From an uncultured bacterium (GTDB lineage: Bacteria; Patescibacteriota; Minisyncoccia; UBA6257; 2-01-FULL-56-20), in the NCBI GenBank assembly GCA_963696395.1, contig CAVOJZ010000002.1, positions 431,317-495,316 on the forward strand: DNA of 64,000 nt, written 5' to 3'. The notes beneath the pieces were generated by a model, which did not search any database, was not told the DNA's origin, and saw only the letters and a program-made list of their open reading frames with translations. Below are positions 63,313 to 64,000 of the stretch, piece after piece. The first letter of the stretch is position 1, and every line of letters starts with the position of its first letter. The translations under genes were made by a program, and so were the position numbers.

Positions 63313-63990
63313 GAGGTAGGGTATGCCGCGAGCGGTTCCGGTGACGTACGCCGATTTTTTAAAGATCGAAGCGGAGTTAACTTCAAAACGAATGCGCTTT
63401 GTGGAGATTGATCGCCAGGAAGTCGCCACTATCATTGTTGCCCACGGCCTGGTTCCCCCGCGGAAAATCATCCGTCCCGGAGAAATCGGGTTCAGATATA
63501 CCGAAAACGGCTACACCATTAAAGTGTGGACAAGTTGTCTGCGCCGGGTGGTTGAACAATGCCGGGCAGAGCCGCTTTTGTCGCAAAATGTGACTGTGGG
63601 TCGTCCGACGAGTAAAGACGCCGGATGGATCGTTGTTGTTGATTCGACCGATCAATCGCAGTACTTTGCGAGGAAGACCCATCGTACCAAGGGATTTGTA
63701 GAAACCCTGCTTCGACGGGTCTGGATCACTCAATTTAAAGTGCGCAACCGTCCTCTTTGCAAGACGTGCGGAAAGTTCATGAAAATTTTCGTGCAAGATG
63801 ACGGCGGAACTTTCTGGGCATGCTTCCGAAAGGGGCTTCATGACGACGGGAATCCAAGGTGGGAGGACTGGGATTGTGGATTACCGCCTCGTGCGCGGCG
63901 GTATGCAAAAGCATGGCGAAAGCCCGCCGAGAGGAATCGGAAGAAAGTAAAGATTTCAACCGGGCAGAAACCAAGGCGCGCGTGCACAAT
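63313..63990 (+). CDS. hypothetical protein with CxxC...C zinc-ribbon-like motif, running off the window end
   Basis: ATG at 63313 is preceded by GGGAGGTAGGGT. The frame stays open to 63990 (at least 226 aa): MPRAVPVTYADFLKIE...CKTCGKFMKIF...WAC... It is absent from the track because it has no stop in the window. Confidence 0.45.
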
Positions 63991-64000
63991 CCGAAAAGGA

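Noticed and set aside
63383-63841. 152-aa minus-strand ORF
   Set aside because: It overlaps a longer plus-strand frame that has a strong SD and ATG and stays open to the window end.
1-64000. CRISPR arrays, rRNA genes, IS transposase genes
   Set aside because: None of these were seen in the sequence.

Overview
This 64 kb window looks like a small-genome bacterium, possibly Patescibacteria/CPR-like (inference only), and it spans the chromosomal replication origin. The origin is marked by rpmH-rnpA-yidC-jag on the + strand facing dnaA-dnaN on the - strand, with an AT-rich intergenic region carrying DnaA-box-like sites. To the left, genes run mainly on the - strand: NUDIX, PolX, a Clp ATPase, UDG, ArsR, ddl, a tRNA-Arg, an RNase J-like MBL enzyme, MurE-like, ruvA, holA, pyrG, a histidine kinase, a 5'-3' exonuclease, tsaE, ruvB and pilB/gspE. 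The infC-rpmI-rplT and rpsT, yebC-ruvC and PBP1A genes are on the + strand. Two accessory regions stand out. First, the left end (1-4361) is an integrative-element-like island with a large serine recombinase whose 3' end overlaps a previously unannotated tmRNA (ssrA) gene. The ssrA call rests on a G3:U70 acceptor stem, a T-arm, an extended -10 promoter and a tag ORF ending ...AFAFA. Second, right of the origin (40205-52267) is a head-on co-directional operon encoding a type IV secretion-like apparatus. It contains VirB4 (split into two adjacent ORFs), a PrgI/VirB3-like protein, a VirB6/TrbL-like polytopic protein with a long charged tail, a VirB2/TrbC-like pilin candidate, and several secreted proteins including one with a PKD-like domain. 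No coupling protein, relaxase or VirB11 is present in the window. Other notable items are a membrane-anchored Clp ATPase with a degenerate first ATPase domain, an AT-rich yraN locus preceded by an array of 16-bp TGTTT-N6-AAACA palindromes, several unexplained non-coding gaps, a probable structured RNA between pilB and ruvB, and an infC gene using an ATT start. All calls come from reading the six-frame translations and the raw sequence; no database searches were run.
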